Of a stretch of 64,000 bases of DNA, positions 10,534 through 20,503 are shown in pieces. Numbering within the stretch: position 1 is the first letter of the stretch; the number at the start of each line of letters is the position of its first letter. Origin of the DNA: a virus; the IMG/VR virus record IMGVR_UViG_3300049847_000435, positions 22,103 to 86,102 of that record; one strand, given 5' to 3'. The notes under the pieces were generated by a model that did not search any database, was not told where the DNA came from, and was given only the letters and a program-made list of their open reading frames with translations. Made by a program: the position numbers and the translations under genes.

Positions 10534-10800
10534 ATGGAAATCACAGGAACGATTATAGAGGTTGGCTTAGATACGACTGTAGATTTGTCGATAGCCACAA
10601 TCCAGACGGAAGTCGCTGTATTTCAGATAGCAGTCTCGAAATTCATGGCGCAGGCACTCGCTCACAAACTCTACCAAAAAGTATCGCTTATTCTGCAAGA
10701 CCCGATCTTGGTGAGTGATGGTAAGGCGACAGCGACATTCATCAACACGCGTACGGTAACGAATTTTGACGAACCCACGACTGCCGCAATGGCGGGATGA
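10534..10800 (+). CDS. hypothetical protein
   Basis: Coupled ORF with RBS. Confidence 0.55.
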   Translation: MEITGTIIEVGLDTTVDLSIATIQTEVAVFQIAVSKFMAQALAHKLYQKVSLILQDPILVSDGKATATFINTRTVTNFDEPTTAAMAG

Positions 10801-10815
10801 AAGGAGAAACGATAC

Positions 10816-11337
10816 ATGCTTGACAGTAAAGCGTCTACACCCCAACCGCCGCCCGTCGCCGGCAAGATCGACGTTGCGCCTATTGTGATTGCCGATATCG
10901 AGGCACGCGTAGCGGCTGGTAAAGAGAAGTATGGAACGCCGCTGCAAACCAATAACGGGCGTTCGGCGCTATGGGATTTGTACCAGGAACTGATCGACGC
11001 CTGCATGTACACGCGGCAAAGGCTCCTGGAGGAAGAACAATGGAGTGAAACGCCGGGCTTAGTCATCTCTTTTAGTGAAGGCGACCCCGTCGCCAAAACA
11101 GATGCAACATCCGCCTACAACTGTTGGGTAGACCGGCAAGGGCGATTCGATGCCGGTCAGACCTACGTCATGACCGATCTAGTAATGAGCGCAGAGGACG
11201 CTATCGCCGATCTAAAACGCGGCAAGCTGGTGATCATCGACATTAGCGATATCGAAAAGGTGCGGAATGGTGTAGGGGGGCAGGTCGAGACGCAATATGA
11301 AAGACTGTCCGCCAGAGCGCAGGGGCGAGACGAGTAG
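10816..11337 (+). CDS. probable all-alpha NTP pyrophosphohydrolase-like phage protein
   Basis: GKEKYGTPL...DLYQELIDACMY helical motif. Confidence 0.55.
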   Translation: MLDSKASTPQPPPVAGKIDVAPIVIADIEARVAAGKEKYGTPLQTNNGRSALWDLYQELIDACMYTRQRLLEEEQWSETPGLVISFSEGDPVAKTDATSAYNCWVDRQGRFDAGQTYVMTDLVMSAEDAIADLKRGKLVIIDISDIEKVRNGVGGQVETQYERLSARAQGRDE

Positions 11338-11355
11338 GGGAATGGACAAAACACA

Positions 11356-12138
11356 ATGAAGACATTACTCAGGAATGCCGATGGCGAAAGATTGATTTGG
11401 TGGAATTGGCAAAACTTAGCAAAGCCAGGGCAGCGCAGAAACGCCCGCGCATGGCTGCATTTTTACGATAACAGCATAGGCGTGCAGTGGGTGTTTCGCC
11501 CCAGAAACCTGTCGATAGGCGTTACATTCGCAGATACGACGGTTGACGACGACTCACTGTCTTTTCATTTCTCAATCCCTTTCCTGATTGCGCTCTACGT
11601 CAGTATTTCAAGACTGCCCATCGTCAAGCGATTGCCTGGTGTGAAGTACGTAAGTGGGAAGTGTGATAGCGGAATGCGATCTATCGACTTCACTTACGAC
11701 AGGCGAGAGAATAACTGGGTTCACTGGCGCTTGTGGCGCAATCCGCACTTCGGAAATTCCAGAGACTGGCGGGATGACGGGTTGTTTGTTGATGATGTGA
11801 TTTTCGGGAGAGACAAATACTCCGAGCAAGAACTGGACTCTCAGCCATGCGTGATCGTGATGCCGGAGCGATCCTACAATGCTACGGCGCGCCGATACGT
11901 CGCTACATGGACACGAAAGCGATGGCGAAAACCGAAGTCAATCAACCGGGTCGAGATAGAAGTACCAGAAGGAATCGGCACGCCTGGGCATGGCGAAAAT
12001 AGTTGGGATATGGATGATGACGCGGCATTTGAATTCACAACGAATGCCGACACGGTAGAAGAGGCGATTGAATCCCTTCGAGCCAGAATCCTTAAGGAAC
12101 GTAAAAAGTTTGGCGGCGAATATTGGGTGCCATCTTGA
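11356..12138 (+). CDS. hypothetical protein
   Basis: 260-aa ORF. Confidence 0.65.
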   Translation: MKTLLRNADGERLIWWNWQNLAKPGQRRNARAWLHFYDNSIGVQWVFRPRNLSIGVTFADTTVDDDSLSFHFSIPFLIALYVSISRLPIVKRLPGVKYVSGKCDSGMRSIDFTYDRRENNWVHWRLWRNPHFGNSRDWRDDGLFVDDVIFGRDKYSEQELDSQPCVIVMPERSYNATARRYVATWTRKRWRKPKSINRVEIEVPEGIGTPGHGENSWDMDDDAAFEFTTNADTVEEAIESLRARILKERKKFGGEYWVPS

Positions 12139-12149
12139 AAGGGGACTAA

Positions 12150-12350
12150 ATGGACAGCAAAGAATCGACAGAGTCAAAAATCTGGACGGAGATGATCAGC
12201 CTTTGGCAAAAGCTTGAACAGGCAAAGCCAAATGGGCGAAGCGAACAGGCGCGGCGATATGCGGTTGCAATCACAGAATACCAGAAGGTGATGGGGTACT
12301 TCTACACATTCGTAATGCAAGAATGTTCGCTCGATCACAAGAGCGAGTAG
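12150..12350 (+). CDS. hypothetical protein
   Basis: AGGGG RBS. Confidence 0.55.
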   Translation: MDSKESTESKIWTEMISLWQKLEQAKPNGRSEQARRYAVAITEYQKVMGYFYTFVMQECSLDHKSE

Positions 12351-12461
12351 AAGCGCGGTCGAACATCCGGTAACGGGCGCAGATAACAGGAGTAGGGGAT
12401 TGACTCGGCTCCATGCCGTGGCCTCTGCGCCGACCATAATAGGGAAATAAAGGAAATAACC

Positions 12462-12640
12462 ATGAACGTCCACGCGGCTACAAATCCTGGATATCCTACG
12501 ACGCCGAAACTGGTAGCCTACTAATCTATTTCGATGGCGTGCCGGTTCCAAAATACGTGTCGTGGATCAATGACAGACTTGCCACTCTGCATGATTGCAA
12601 TAACGATGCCATTGTCGGAGTAATGATCGCCAACGCGTAA
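12462..12640 (+). pseudogene. possible frameshifted DUF2283-like small gene
   Basis: Frame SYDAETGSLLIYF...DAIVGVMIANA lacks its own start; RBS+ATG at 12462 is in another frame. Confidence 0.3.
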
Positions 12641-12791
12641 AGGCGCATATCGGCGCAAAATAGCGTGAAAAACGTGAATTTCGTAACTTTTCCTTATAGA
12701 AATAGAATTCCGCAGCGAAGCAAGGAATGTAAGATTAATTACACATCTCATTGTGACTATGCGATAACTGAATAGCTAATCGGAGCGCGTT

Positions 12792-13121
12792 GTGAATCAG
12801 ATAGCTGAATTTATATTCAAGTGGCTTAGTGGCAATCCGGGCGAGTATTGCGTCTCTCCTGGATCGGAAGTTCGGAGGACATTCGGTGCTATTGACGATG
12901 GCGAGTCAATGTTTACCGCAACCACGTACAATAACGACGGTCATGATATTTGGATAGAGTACACGGGCGGTGGGTGGATTTGCCATCTTCGCCAGGGTGA
13001 ATCTTTGCAACTGGCAAAGATTATTGTTTGGGATTGGTGGATTAAATCCACTTGGTTTGGGCTAAAGCGAAAGATTTGGTATTGGTCATTGTCCAGAGTA
13101 ATGAAAAACACAAAAGCGTAA
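12792..13121 (+). CDS. hypothetical protein
   Basis: GGAG RBS, 109 aa. Confidence 0.55.
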   Translation: MNQIAEFIFKWLSGNPGEYCVSPGSEVRRTFGAIDDGESMFTATTYNNDGHDIWIEYTGGGWICHLRQGESLQLAKIIVWDWWIKSTWFGLKRKIWYWSLSRVMKNTKA

Positions 13122-13146
13122 CACCGAATAGTGAGGAGGGATAAAA

Positions 13147-13521
13147 ATGGGTGTAGGGATGCCACAAGAATTACTTTTAAACGAATTCGGATCGCACGTA
13201 TGGAGCGCGTTCGGTGATGTGCCTTATCACGTTGGCTCGTCTTTGCGAAGTAAGCAATGGCGAGATGTTGACGTCAGACTCATGCTTGATGATGACGATT
13301 GGAACGACATGAGATTTGGCGACCCAAACAGAACTCATACCAATGCGAAATGGGTAGCCCTTTGCCTCGCCTTTTCCGCTCTCGGAAAGCAAATAACTGG
13401 ATTGCCAATCGACTTTCAAATACAGAAGCGGTCGCTCGCTAATGAAATGTATGGAGGCGAGGACAGATCTGCGCTCGGTTTTGTGCCGCTAAGATACGAG
13501 GATAGAGGGCAAAATGAATAA
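13147..13521 (+). CDS. minimal nucleotidyltransferase-like protein
   Basis: YHVGSS...RDVDVR and IDFQ third Asp (Pol-beta NTase pattern). Confidence 0.6.
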   Translation: MGVGMPQELLLNEFGSHVWSAFGDVPYHVGSSLRSKQWRDVDVRLMLDDDDWNDMRFGDPNRTHTNAKWVALCLAFSALGKQITGLPIDFQIQKRSLANEMYGGEDRSALGFVPLRYEDRGQNE

Positions 13522-13810
13522 CGAAGTGATTGCCAAAGAAAAAGAAATTTACCCAGCTTGGGGCGGCATAGTATTTTCGCGGGCGTTTGCGTCTAGATTT
13601 CCCATTACCATGCAAATACTAAATGCCGCAGTCAACGATGCTCGATTGCAGGCAAAGAAACGGGCGTTTGAGTCGGCTACCGGGATTGCGTGGGAGGACA
13701 GATATAAAACGCACCCGATTGCACCTGGCGTTACAGTGAAAGATGTTAGAGTCGAGATCGAACGACAGGCGAATGAAATAAGAGGGGAGCGAGATACCGA
13801 AGACCCATGA
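13514..13810 (+). CDS. hypothetical protein
   Basis: Coupled ORF. Confidence 0.55.
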   Translation: MNNEVIAKEKEIYPAWGGIVFSRAFASRFPITMQILNAAVNDARLQAKKRAFESATGIAWEDRYKTHPIAPGVTVKDVRVEIERQANEIRGERDTEDP

Positions 13811-15074
13811 ACGAAGTAATCAACCGATTCATCTCTGAACTAAAACCACACCCGCGCAACTACAACGGGCATAGCGATAGGCAGGTTGACGATCTCGCCC
13901 TTTCGCTTAAAAGGTTCGGTCAGCGCAAGCCGATTGTAACATGGCGCGACATGATTGTCGCTGGGCACGGACTAACGATGGCTGCGCAGAGGGAGGGATG
14001 GACGACCATTCTGACCATGCCCATTCCCGATGACTGGGACGAGGCGACCGTGTTGGCGTACCTGGCAGTCGACAACGAACTGGCGCGTCAAGCCGACCCC
14101 GATCTTGCGCAACTGGCTGCGATTGCTAAAGGGTTGGAAGGGATCGACGAAGAGTTGGCGAAGCTGGCAGCCGGTGGGGATGATGCGCTCAAGGCGTTGA
14201 TGGCGACGATTGAAGACGAACAGCCGAATGGTGACGCCGATCCTCAGACTAACAAAGCTGACGAATTGCGCGTAAAGTGGGGTGTCGAGTTGGGTCAGAT
14301 GTGGCGATTACCGAGCCGAGATGGGAAAGGCGAGCATCGGCTAATTTGTGGGGATTCTACCGATGCGGAAACCGTTAAAAGGGTGATGGGGGGGGCAAGG
14401 CATCAATCGTCTTCACCGATCCGCCTTATGGCGTAGCAATAGGCGCAAAGAACAGGATGTTAAATTCCTTCCAGAAGGCTGGAAGGAATTTAACCGATAT
14501 TGAGGATGACGATATGAAGCCGGAAGACCTAAAAGCCAAACTACTCCCAGCCTTCGAGTTAATTCGAGAGGTTGTTATGGCTGATGATTGCACGGTATTC
14601 CTAACAGCACCGCAAGGCGGCGAACTCAGCATGATGATGATGATGATGAGGGACGCGAAGCTTCCGATCCGTCACGTTCTTATATGGAAGAAAAACGCAC
14701 CAACCTTTTCAATGGGTAGACTCGATTACGACTATCAGCACGAACCCATATTGCTCACGTGGGGGAAACGGCACAAGCGACCCATGAACGGAACTCACAA
14801 GACGAGCGTTTGGGAGATTGATAAGCCGAGGGCATCGGTAGAGCACCCAACAATGAAGCCGCCAGAGCTATATATGAATGCGTATCTAAACAACTCGGAT
14901 GTTGGCGATATTGCATTTGAACCATACGATGGTAGTGGCACTGCATTAATTGCCAGCGAAAACACTGGAAGATATTGCCGCGCAATCGAAATCTCGCCCG
15001 GCTATACTGCTGTAGCCTTACAGAGATACCTTGACTCCTTTGCAATCACACCCGAATTGATCAATGACCGATGA
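13807..15074 (+). CDS. ParB-N domain + DNA adenine methyltransferase, split by a frameshift at a G8 tract
   Basis: ParB (PHPRN, IVAGHG, DN) then HRLICGDST; G8 at 14388-14395; next frame gives VFTDPPYGV ... HPTMKP ... FEPYDGSGT. Confidence 0.85.
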
Positions 15075-15822
15075 ACTTGAAGGCTTAGACGCCAAACTCC
15101 TACGCGGGATGTTACCCGCGCTCTACAAAAAAGCACAAGAAGGCGACCAACGCTCCATCGATACCGTCCTGCGCATCCTGCAACGTCTCGAAAAGAATGC
15201 GCCGACACCCGCGCCCAGCGATCCAGCCGAACCAGGCTTCACCGCGCCAATCAACGTACCGGGGCAGCTTCAATCACGCGCTAGTCGCAAGGAATTCGAG
15301 GCACTTCTCGAAAATCCGCCCGCCGACGACCCGTTTACCAATGAAGGAATTCTACAGCTTTCCGAGGCTTATTTCCGACAAATGGAAGACGGCGAAAATG
15401 ATGATAAGTGGGACTGGCGCAAGCACGCCTATGTAGCCTGGGCGTGTATCCCCAAAAATCTGCGTTACCCCAAAACGATCAACGAATTCGCCGCGCTGGT
15501 CGGGCTGACAAGCGCTTCCACTATTCGCAAGTGGCGCGCTAAAGACCCGGAAATACCGGAACGGATCGCCAGTCTACCGCGGCTCATGCTGAACCAACAC
15601 GTATCTAATGTACTGCACGCGCTAACCACCGTTGCCGCCGACCCCGTCCCGCAATCCCACCAAGACCGCAAACTCTTCCTCGAGATCACCGGCGTCTACG
15701 ATCCAAAGAGCAACATCAACCTACGTGGCGTTGTCGGCACTATCGAACTGGACGATCCGCTTGATGACGACGAGCAAGCAGCCGTCGAACGGATTCTAAA
15801 GGAAGTCGCCGCGCTGGAATGA
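15064..15822 (+). CDS. probable terminase small subunit (HTH)
   Basis: Directly upstream of terL; EFAALVGLTSASTIRKW HTH; DRKLFLEITG. Confidence 0.65.
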   Translation: MTDELEGLDAKLLRGMLPALYKKAQEGDQRSIDTVLRILQRLEKNAPTPAPSDPAEPGFTAPINVPGQLQSRASRKEFEALLENPPADDPFTNEGILQLSEAYFRQMEDGENDDKWDWRKHAYVAWACIPKNLRYPKTINEFAALVGLTSASTIRKWRAKDPEIPERIASLPRLMLNQHVSNVLHALTTVAADPVPQSHQDRKLFLEITGVYDPKSNINLRGVVGTIELDDPLDDDEQAAVERILKEVAALE

Positions 15823-17384
15823 AGCAATTAGACAGCCGTCAAATCAGAGCCGCCGCCCGTCGCAACACTGCCATCTTTGCCAAGTGCTGGCGCGAAGGCG
15901 TCAACCCGGCAGCCCATCAGTATGAAATGGCGCGGCGCATCGACGGCCCCAGTCCCTACCAGGCTGACTTCTGGCCACGCGACCACGGCAAGAGCGAGAT
16001 TTTCTGTCTCTCCTACCCCCTCCGTCGCATCTGCGAAGACCCCAACCTTCGTATCCTCATCGTGCAAAAGCGCGCTACTGAAGCCGAAAAGACCTTGAGT
16101 GTCATTAAGCAGGAGCTGGAGAGCAATCACCGACTTAAAGCCTACTATGCCACCCACTGGGAAGAGACGGTGGGCTACCGCGATATCTCCAATCAGGCGG
16201 GCGCAATCCAACTCTCTGGCAAAAAAGAGGGCGCATGGCAACAATCGCGCATCTACTGCAAGCGCACGCGGCGCGGCAAAGACCCCACCGTCGAGGCTGT
16301 GGGCGTGGGCGGGGCGATCACCGGCGGGCACTACGACATCATCATCCTTGACGACATTGAGGACGATGAAAACGTCCGCACAGACGAGCGCTTACGAGGG
16401 ATGATCGAATGGTTCACCGGCACCATTATGCAGCTGCGCGAGCCGCACACCAAGATCATCATCGTCGGCACGCTCAAGACCAACAAGCAGGACATCTACA
16501 ATATCGTCCTGAATTCTCCGGTATGGGACACCTACAAAACAAGTGCAATCCTCAGTCATAAGTTGAGCGATGTGCAGATTGAGCCAGTACGCAATGCCGA
16601 TGGCGTGATTATCGATGTGAATGTCACCACGCCGAACGTCGAAACGCTCTGGCCGCAGAAATGGAACATCAAAGCACTCATGCTCGAAAAGCTCGCCAGT
16701 TTGGACGTAGCGGTCTGGATACGCGAGAAGATGAATGATCTCAGCGCGCTGGCAGGCAAGGTCTTTAAGCGCGATTTATTCCAGTGGTACAACGAAGAGG
16801 AATTCAACAATCTCCGTCGCGACCGATTGCTTGAGCAGATTATCCAGGTGTGGGATACCGCCTATGGCGAGGGTGAGGAAAGCGATTATTCGGCGTGCGT
16901 GACCGCCGCTCTGGTGCGCGGCAGCATTTACATCCTCGACGTTTACCGCGCTAAGTTGGAGTTACCGCAACTCAAAGACGCCATCGTCAGCCAGTATAAT
17001 CAGTGGCTGCCTGAACGCGTTTACATCGAAAATAAAGCCAGCGGCAAGAGCGTCTTTCAGGTACTCAAACAAGAGACGGGCGTTCCCGTCAGCGAGATCG
17101 ATCCGCAGGGGCGCGATAAGCTCAGCCGGGCACGTTCCACGACTGTCTACATCGAGAATCGGCGCGTTTATCTGCGCTCTGGTGCGCTCTGGCTAGATGG
17201 GTTCCTGGGCGAGTTGACGATGTTCCCTGAGTCCGAGCATGACGACCAGGTAGACGCGTTCGTGTACGCGGTGTTGGCTTTGCTCCTTAGCGGCATAGTC
17301 ACATTTCATGATATTCAGAGTGGCGGCGGCAGTGAGAGATCGCCGCGTGCAAGTGAGTGGATGAGGATTTTGCAGGCAAAGTAG
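15819..17384 (+). CDS. terL: terminase large subunit
   Basis: PRDHGKS Walker A, IILDDIED, WDTA...SDYSA, IENKASG, HDDQVDA. Confidence 0.93.
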   Translation: MKQLDSRQIRAAARRNTAIFAKCWREGVNPAAHQYEMARRIDGPSPYQADFWPRDHGKSEIFCLSYPLRRICEDPNLRILIVQKRATEAEKTLSVIKQELESNHRLKAYYATHWEETVGYRDISNQAGAIQLSGKKEGAWQQSRIYCKRTRRGKDPTVEAVGVGGAITGGHYDIIILDDIEDDENVRTDERLRGMIEWFTGTIMQLREPHTKIIIVGTLKTNKQDIYNIVLNSPVWDTYKTSAILSHKLSDVQIEPVRNADGVIIDVNVTTPNVETLWPQKWNIKALMLEKLASLDVAVWIREKMNDLSALAGKVFKRDLFQWYNEEEFNNLRRDRLLEQIIQVWDTAYGEGEESDYSACVTAALVRGSIYILDVYRAKLELPQLKDAIVSQYNQWLPERVYIENKASGKSVFQVLKQETGVPVSEIDPQGRDKLSRARSTTVYIENRRVYLRSGALWLDGFLGELTMFPESEHDDQVDAFVYAVLALLLSGIVTFHDIQSGGGSERSPRASEWMRILQAK

Positions 17385-17458
17385 ATTGAGCTATTATTGC
17401 CTAGCAGCTCGTTGAGATTTATTTCTAGCGGGCTTTTCCATATTCTTTAGCTTAACAA

Positions 17459-17602
17459 GAGTACGAAAGAGTAATCGTTCGCAGCGTTATCTTTCGTACT
17501 CAGCGAATACCCACCACGAAAATGGCTAGACTCAATTGAGTCTAGCCATTTTCGTGGTAAATTTTACCTAAAAGATAACGCGACCAACGAAACTCTTTTA
17601 GG
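17459..17602. repeat. 46-bp perfect palindrome (17513-17558) flanked by two mirror-image hairpins
   Basis: ACCACGAAAATGGCTAGACTCAA|TTGAGTCTAGCCATTTTCGTGGT; hairpins 17459-17501 and 17567-17602. Confidence 0.9.
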
Positions 17603-17733
17603 CGCTAACTGAACTTCGGTGCAGGGATCGACTCTCTTGAGAATTCACGAACGAAACACAGGTATTATGCCACATTGCCGAGTGAAATGAAAATGAAGAT
17701 GGACCGTTCGATCTCTAGGATTGACGATGCGTA

Positions 17734-17786
17734 ATGTGATCAACACCACATATTAAGTATTTTTAAAAAAGTACACTATAAATACA
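17734..17786 (+). promoter_or_regulatory. Phage promoter motif copy 2
   Basis: ATGTG-N8-CACAT-N20-TACACTATAAATACA. Confidence 0.6.
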
Positions 17787-17824
17787 TGTTTTCGTGAAAA
17801 TTCTTTTGCACGCGGAGAACAACC

Positions 17825-17938
17825 GTGATCACCTATCTCGTTATCCTGCTTGTCGGTATCGCTATTGGCGTGAGTGCGACGCTAATCAGCGCTGCGCTTT
17901 TTGCGTCGAGCAGGGCAAGCGGGCGTGAGGGCGATTAA
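17825..17938 (+). CDS. 37-aa single-TM peptide
   Basis: GGAGA RBS, hydrophobic helix; read manually. Confidence 0.45.
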   Translation: MITYLVILLVGIAIGVSATLISAALFASSRASGREGD

Positions 17939-18055
17939 GCGACAGAGCTTCGCAAGTAATCTCAATTAGCATCGGAGGCGAGATAGGAAAACGATCATTT
18001 AACTTTTCTGGAAGCGGCGCAACGCAATCGAATCGCATCGTCTGCCGTTGCGGAT

Positions 18056-18325
18056 GTGTTTGAGATGCTTGATAAAGAAGATGTGAGTCTCATCGTTCGC
18101 GCCCGTCAGGCAGCAATAGAATTATGGAAAATAAAACAGCGTGATGGAGTTGTGCCGCCGAGAGAATTGAGCAGTGTAGCTACATCCTACAGCGTAACAA
18201 CTTTTGCAATTATGCGGGAGCTAGAACGGATGGGATGTCTAGCAAGCGGTACGGCAATGGCGATTGAAAAACGTTGTTTCGGTAATAACAACGTTTTTCA
18301 ATCGAAGGAAAATAACCATGAATGA
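18056..18325 (+). CDS. hypothetical protein (possible winged HTH)
   Basis: 89-aa ORF. Confidence 0.45.
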   Translation: MFEMLDKEDVSLIVRARQAAIELWKIKQRDGVVPPRELSSVATSYSVTTFAIMRELERMGCLASGTAMAIEKRCFGNNNVFQSKENNHE

Positions 18326-19319
18326 TATTGTCTATCCAGACAGCGAAAACGCTGCGCAATACGTAAAAAATGTCGAGGGCTGGGTGTCACGAAATGGTCT
18401 ATTTTTCGGGAACCTATCAACGTCTGAAAGTGCAGCACGTTACGACGGCTGCACTCATGTAAAATGCAAGAATTGCGGCTCGGCAGTAAAAAAGGGATAC
18501 ATGTCATGCGATGCGTGTATTGATAAGCGAGATATTGAAAAATACGCTTGTATGCCTCGTATTGAATGGGATGGCAAGTCTATGATTTACTCGCCAATTA
18601 CAGAGGATTACTATGCGTCGCCTGATGAAGCTGAGGATTCACTAGAGGACGATCAATCTATCGAAAGTCTGCGATTGGTGGTTTGTGAGCCGAACTTCGT
18701 TTACTTGCATTCTGGCTATTTCGACAGCGTAATGCCAGACGATGACGACATGCCTACCCCCGTATTGGCGGCAATCACCGCCTTTCGGCAAGCAGTATCC
18801 AAGCACGGGGAAGATAACCCCAGCTTTCGCCCACGCGGCAAGCTGGGCAGGCGCACCATGTTCGAGAGATCGCAAGTGGAAGAGATGAGAACATTTATGG
18901 AGCAGCGGACCTTCAGCGTGTCAACCGAACACGGACCATCCCTGAGTCTCGCTCAGGTTATGGAGAGGCTAAGCCTGACAAAGTCCGGCGTCTGGCACTA
19001 TCGCCGCCGATACGGAAAGTTGCTAACTGACTTCTACCAACGGGTTGGGCAATCCAGACCCCAGGCACGCTTCCTCGTCAGCCAGATCGAAGAGTTTGAA
19101 AAGTGGATCACCGATGGCAAGCCGGAAGATACTGATCTGCATGTCGCCGACATCATGCAACTAGAAGGAATGGACACCGTTGTTAGATTTAAAAACGGTG
19201 TCACAGTCGCCATTATCAACGAGGACGAATGGCGCGTTATACCAGAGATGTCACCAGATGAAGCAGAGAAATACTTCCGTCGGGCACGACAAGAGTGCGA
19301 TGATGGGATGGGGAAGTAA
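18318..19319 (+). CDS. hypothetical protein with Zn-finger N-terminus and excisionase-like HTH C-terminus
   Basis: CKNC/CDAC; LSLAQVMERLSLTKSGVWHY...RFLVSQIEEF. Confidence 0.6.
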   Translation: MNDIVYPDSENAAQYVKNVEGWVSRNGLFFGNLSTSESAARYDGCTHVKCKNCGSAVKKGYMSCDACIDKRDIEKYACMPRIEWDGKSMIYSPITEDYYASPDEAEDSLEDDQSIESLRLVVCEPNFVYLHSGYFDSVMPDDDDMPTPVLAAITAFRQAVSKHGEDNPSFRPRGKLGRRTMFERSQVEEMRTFMEQRTFSVSTEHGPSLSLAQVMERLSLTKSGVWHYRRRYGKLLTDFYQRVGQSRPQARFLVSQIEEFEKWITDGKPEDTDLHVADIMQLEGMDTVVRFKNGVTVAIINEDEWRVIPEMSPDEAEKYFRRARQECDDGMGK

Positions 19320-19320
19320 A

Positions 19321-19352
19321 GCGCAAATGCGAAAACGTTTTCGCATTTGCGC
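19321..19352. repeat. dispersed palindrome copy 1
   Basis: GCGCAAATGCGAAAACGTTTTCGCATTTGCGC. Confidence 0.9.
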
Positions 19353-19489
19353 GCTTGAGCGCACAGAATATCTGTGCTAAAATTAGGCAGTACATCCGCA
19401 AAGCCTCTGTGCTAAGCATGCTCAAATTTGCGGATTTTTTGACCGAAAACTGCTGGTATCAGTGGCTGCCGATAGGATAGGTCAATCTT

Positions 19490-19561
19490 AGCGGGGTAGA
19501 GCATCGGAAGCTCGCATGGCTCATAACCATGAGGTAGTTGGTTCAATTCCAACCCCCGCTA
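19490..19561 (+). tRNA. tRNA-Met (CAT)
   Basis: Acceptor AGCGGGG/CCCCGCT, anticodon arm CATGG-CTCATAA-CCATG, T arm GTTGG-TTCAATT-CCAAC; no encoded CCA. Confidence 0.88.
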
Positions 19562-19661
19562 CATGTCTTGGGTTGGGTGCGAGGCATACGTCAGTTTTGA
19601 CTGGCTACCACCAAAGCGACGGTTGTTGTATCGCCCCAAAAACGCACTTGACAACGACTAC

Positions 19662-20048
19662 TTACTCTGCGCGTTCCGAGAATATCTTCTCGACACTATC
19701 CCCCGGCTTATCCAGAAAGAATCGCTCAGGAAACAGCGCTACCGTCGATACAAGCCGATCTAGCAGCCCGCCCGCACTGCCGAGTCCATTCACCTTTGCC
19801 ATCCTCTTGGACATTTCCCAGCAATCGCCCGAAATGTCATTTGGCAACGCCAGATCAAACGCCTCCGGCATCATCCTGGCGAAATTCACGAGGCTTTCAA
19901 AGGTTTCGCCCATCGTCGGGTTGTTGGGCATTTTTGCCCGAATTGACTCTGCCATCTGCCAGATAACGTCAGTGACATAGATCGATCTCTTTTGCTTGCC
20001 GCCATCAACGCTGGCTATCAATATCGCGTGCAACTTCCTTTTCTTCAT
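19662..20048 (-). CDS. hypothetical protein (RHH-like N-terminus)
   Basis: GAGGGGG RBS; KRSIYVTDVIWQ. Confidence 0.55.
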   Translation of the reverse strand: MKKRKLHAILIASVDGGKQKRSIYVTDVIWQMAESIRAKMPNNPTMGETFESLVNFARMMPEAFDLALPNDISGDCWEMSKRMAKVNGLGSAGGLLDRLVSTVALFPERFFLDKPGDSVEKIFSERAE

Positions 20049-20135
20049 CTGTAATCCCCCTCACCGAATCATACAGCGTTTATCGCTGCACTAACAGTAA
20101 TGATGGTTACAGGACGGGTGCAGGGGAATAAAAGC

Positions 20136-20168
20136 AAAAAAACGCCAACCTGTTACGGCTGGCGTTCT
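20136..20168 (-). terminator. rho-independent terminator
   Basis: AACGCCA...TGGCGTT stem followed by T7 on the minus strand. Confidence 0.6.
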
Positions 20169-20172
20169 GCGT

Positions 20173-20427
20173 CTACTTGCGAATATCAAAAATGATTCGC
20201 ACATTTGCGGCGGCTGTTCTCTCGCCGTCAATCGAAAGTGGTTGCAAAGGCTCGTGAACACGGTTGGCTATTCTCTCCAATCGCTTGGATGCTACCTCAA
20301 CGGCATCCTGTCCAAAAACTTCGTACTGTGCTGCGTCCAGAGCAAAACTTGTACCTTGTTCTGGGAATCGTTCTGCCACCTTTGCGGCATTGCTTAAATA
20401 CTGCGCTGCGTATGTTGCGTTCGTCAT
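20173..20427 (-). CDS. hypothetical protein
   Basis: AAGGAAAG RBS. Confidence 0.55.
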   Translation of the reverse strand: MTNATYAAQYLSNAAKVAERFPEQGTSFALDAAQYEVFGQDAVEVASKRLERIANRVHEPLQPLSIDGERTAAANVRIIFDIRK

Positions 20428-20503
20428 GATATCTTTCCTTTTCCCGCTTCACCACACTTGCACGGGTCGTGTGGTGTTTGGTTGAGTTAGTCGAACACTG
20501 CAA

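Noticed and set aside
12375-12437. GGCGCAGA...TCTGCGCC stem ending in ACCA as a tRNA
   Set aside because: Too short, with no T-loop or anticodon arm
15819-17384. Intein or intron in terL
   Set aside because: Normal length with continuous motifs and no splicing signatures
17450-17510. Hairpin after CTTAAC as an integron attC site
   Set aside because: No matching GTTRRRY end, no cassette array and no IntI-type integrase recognised
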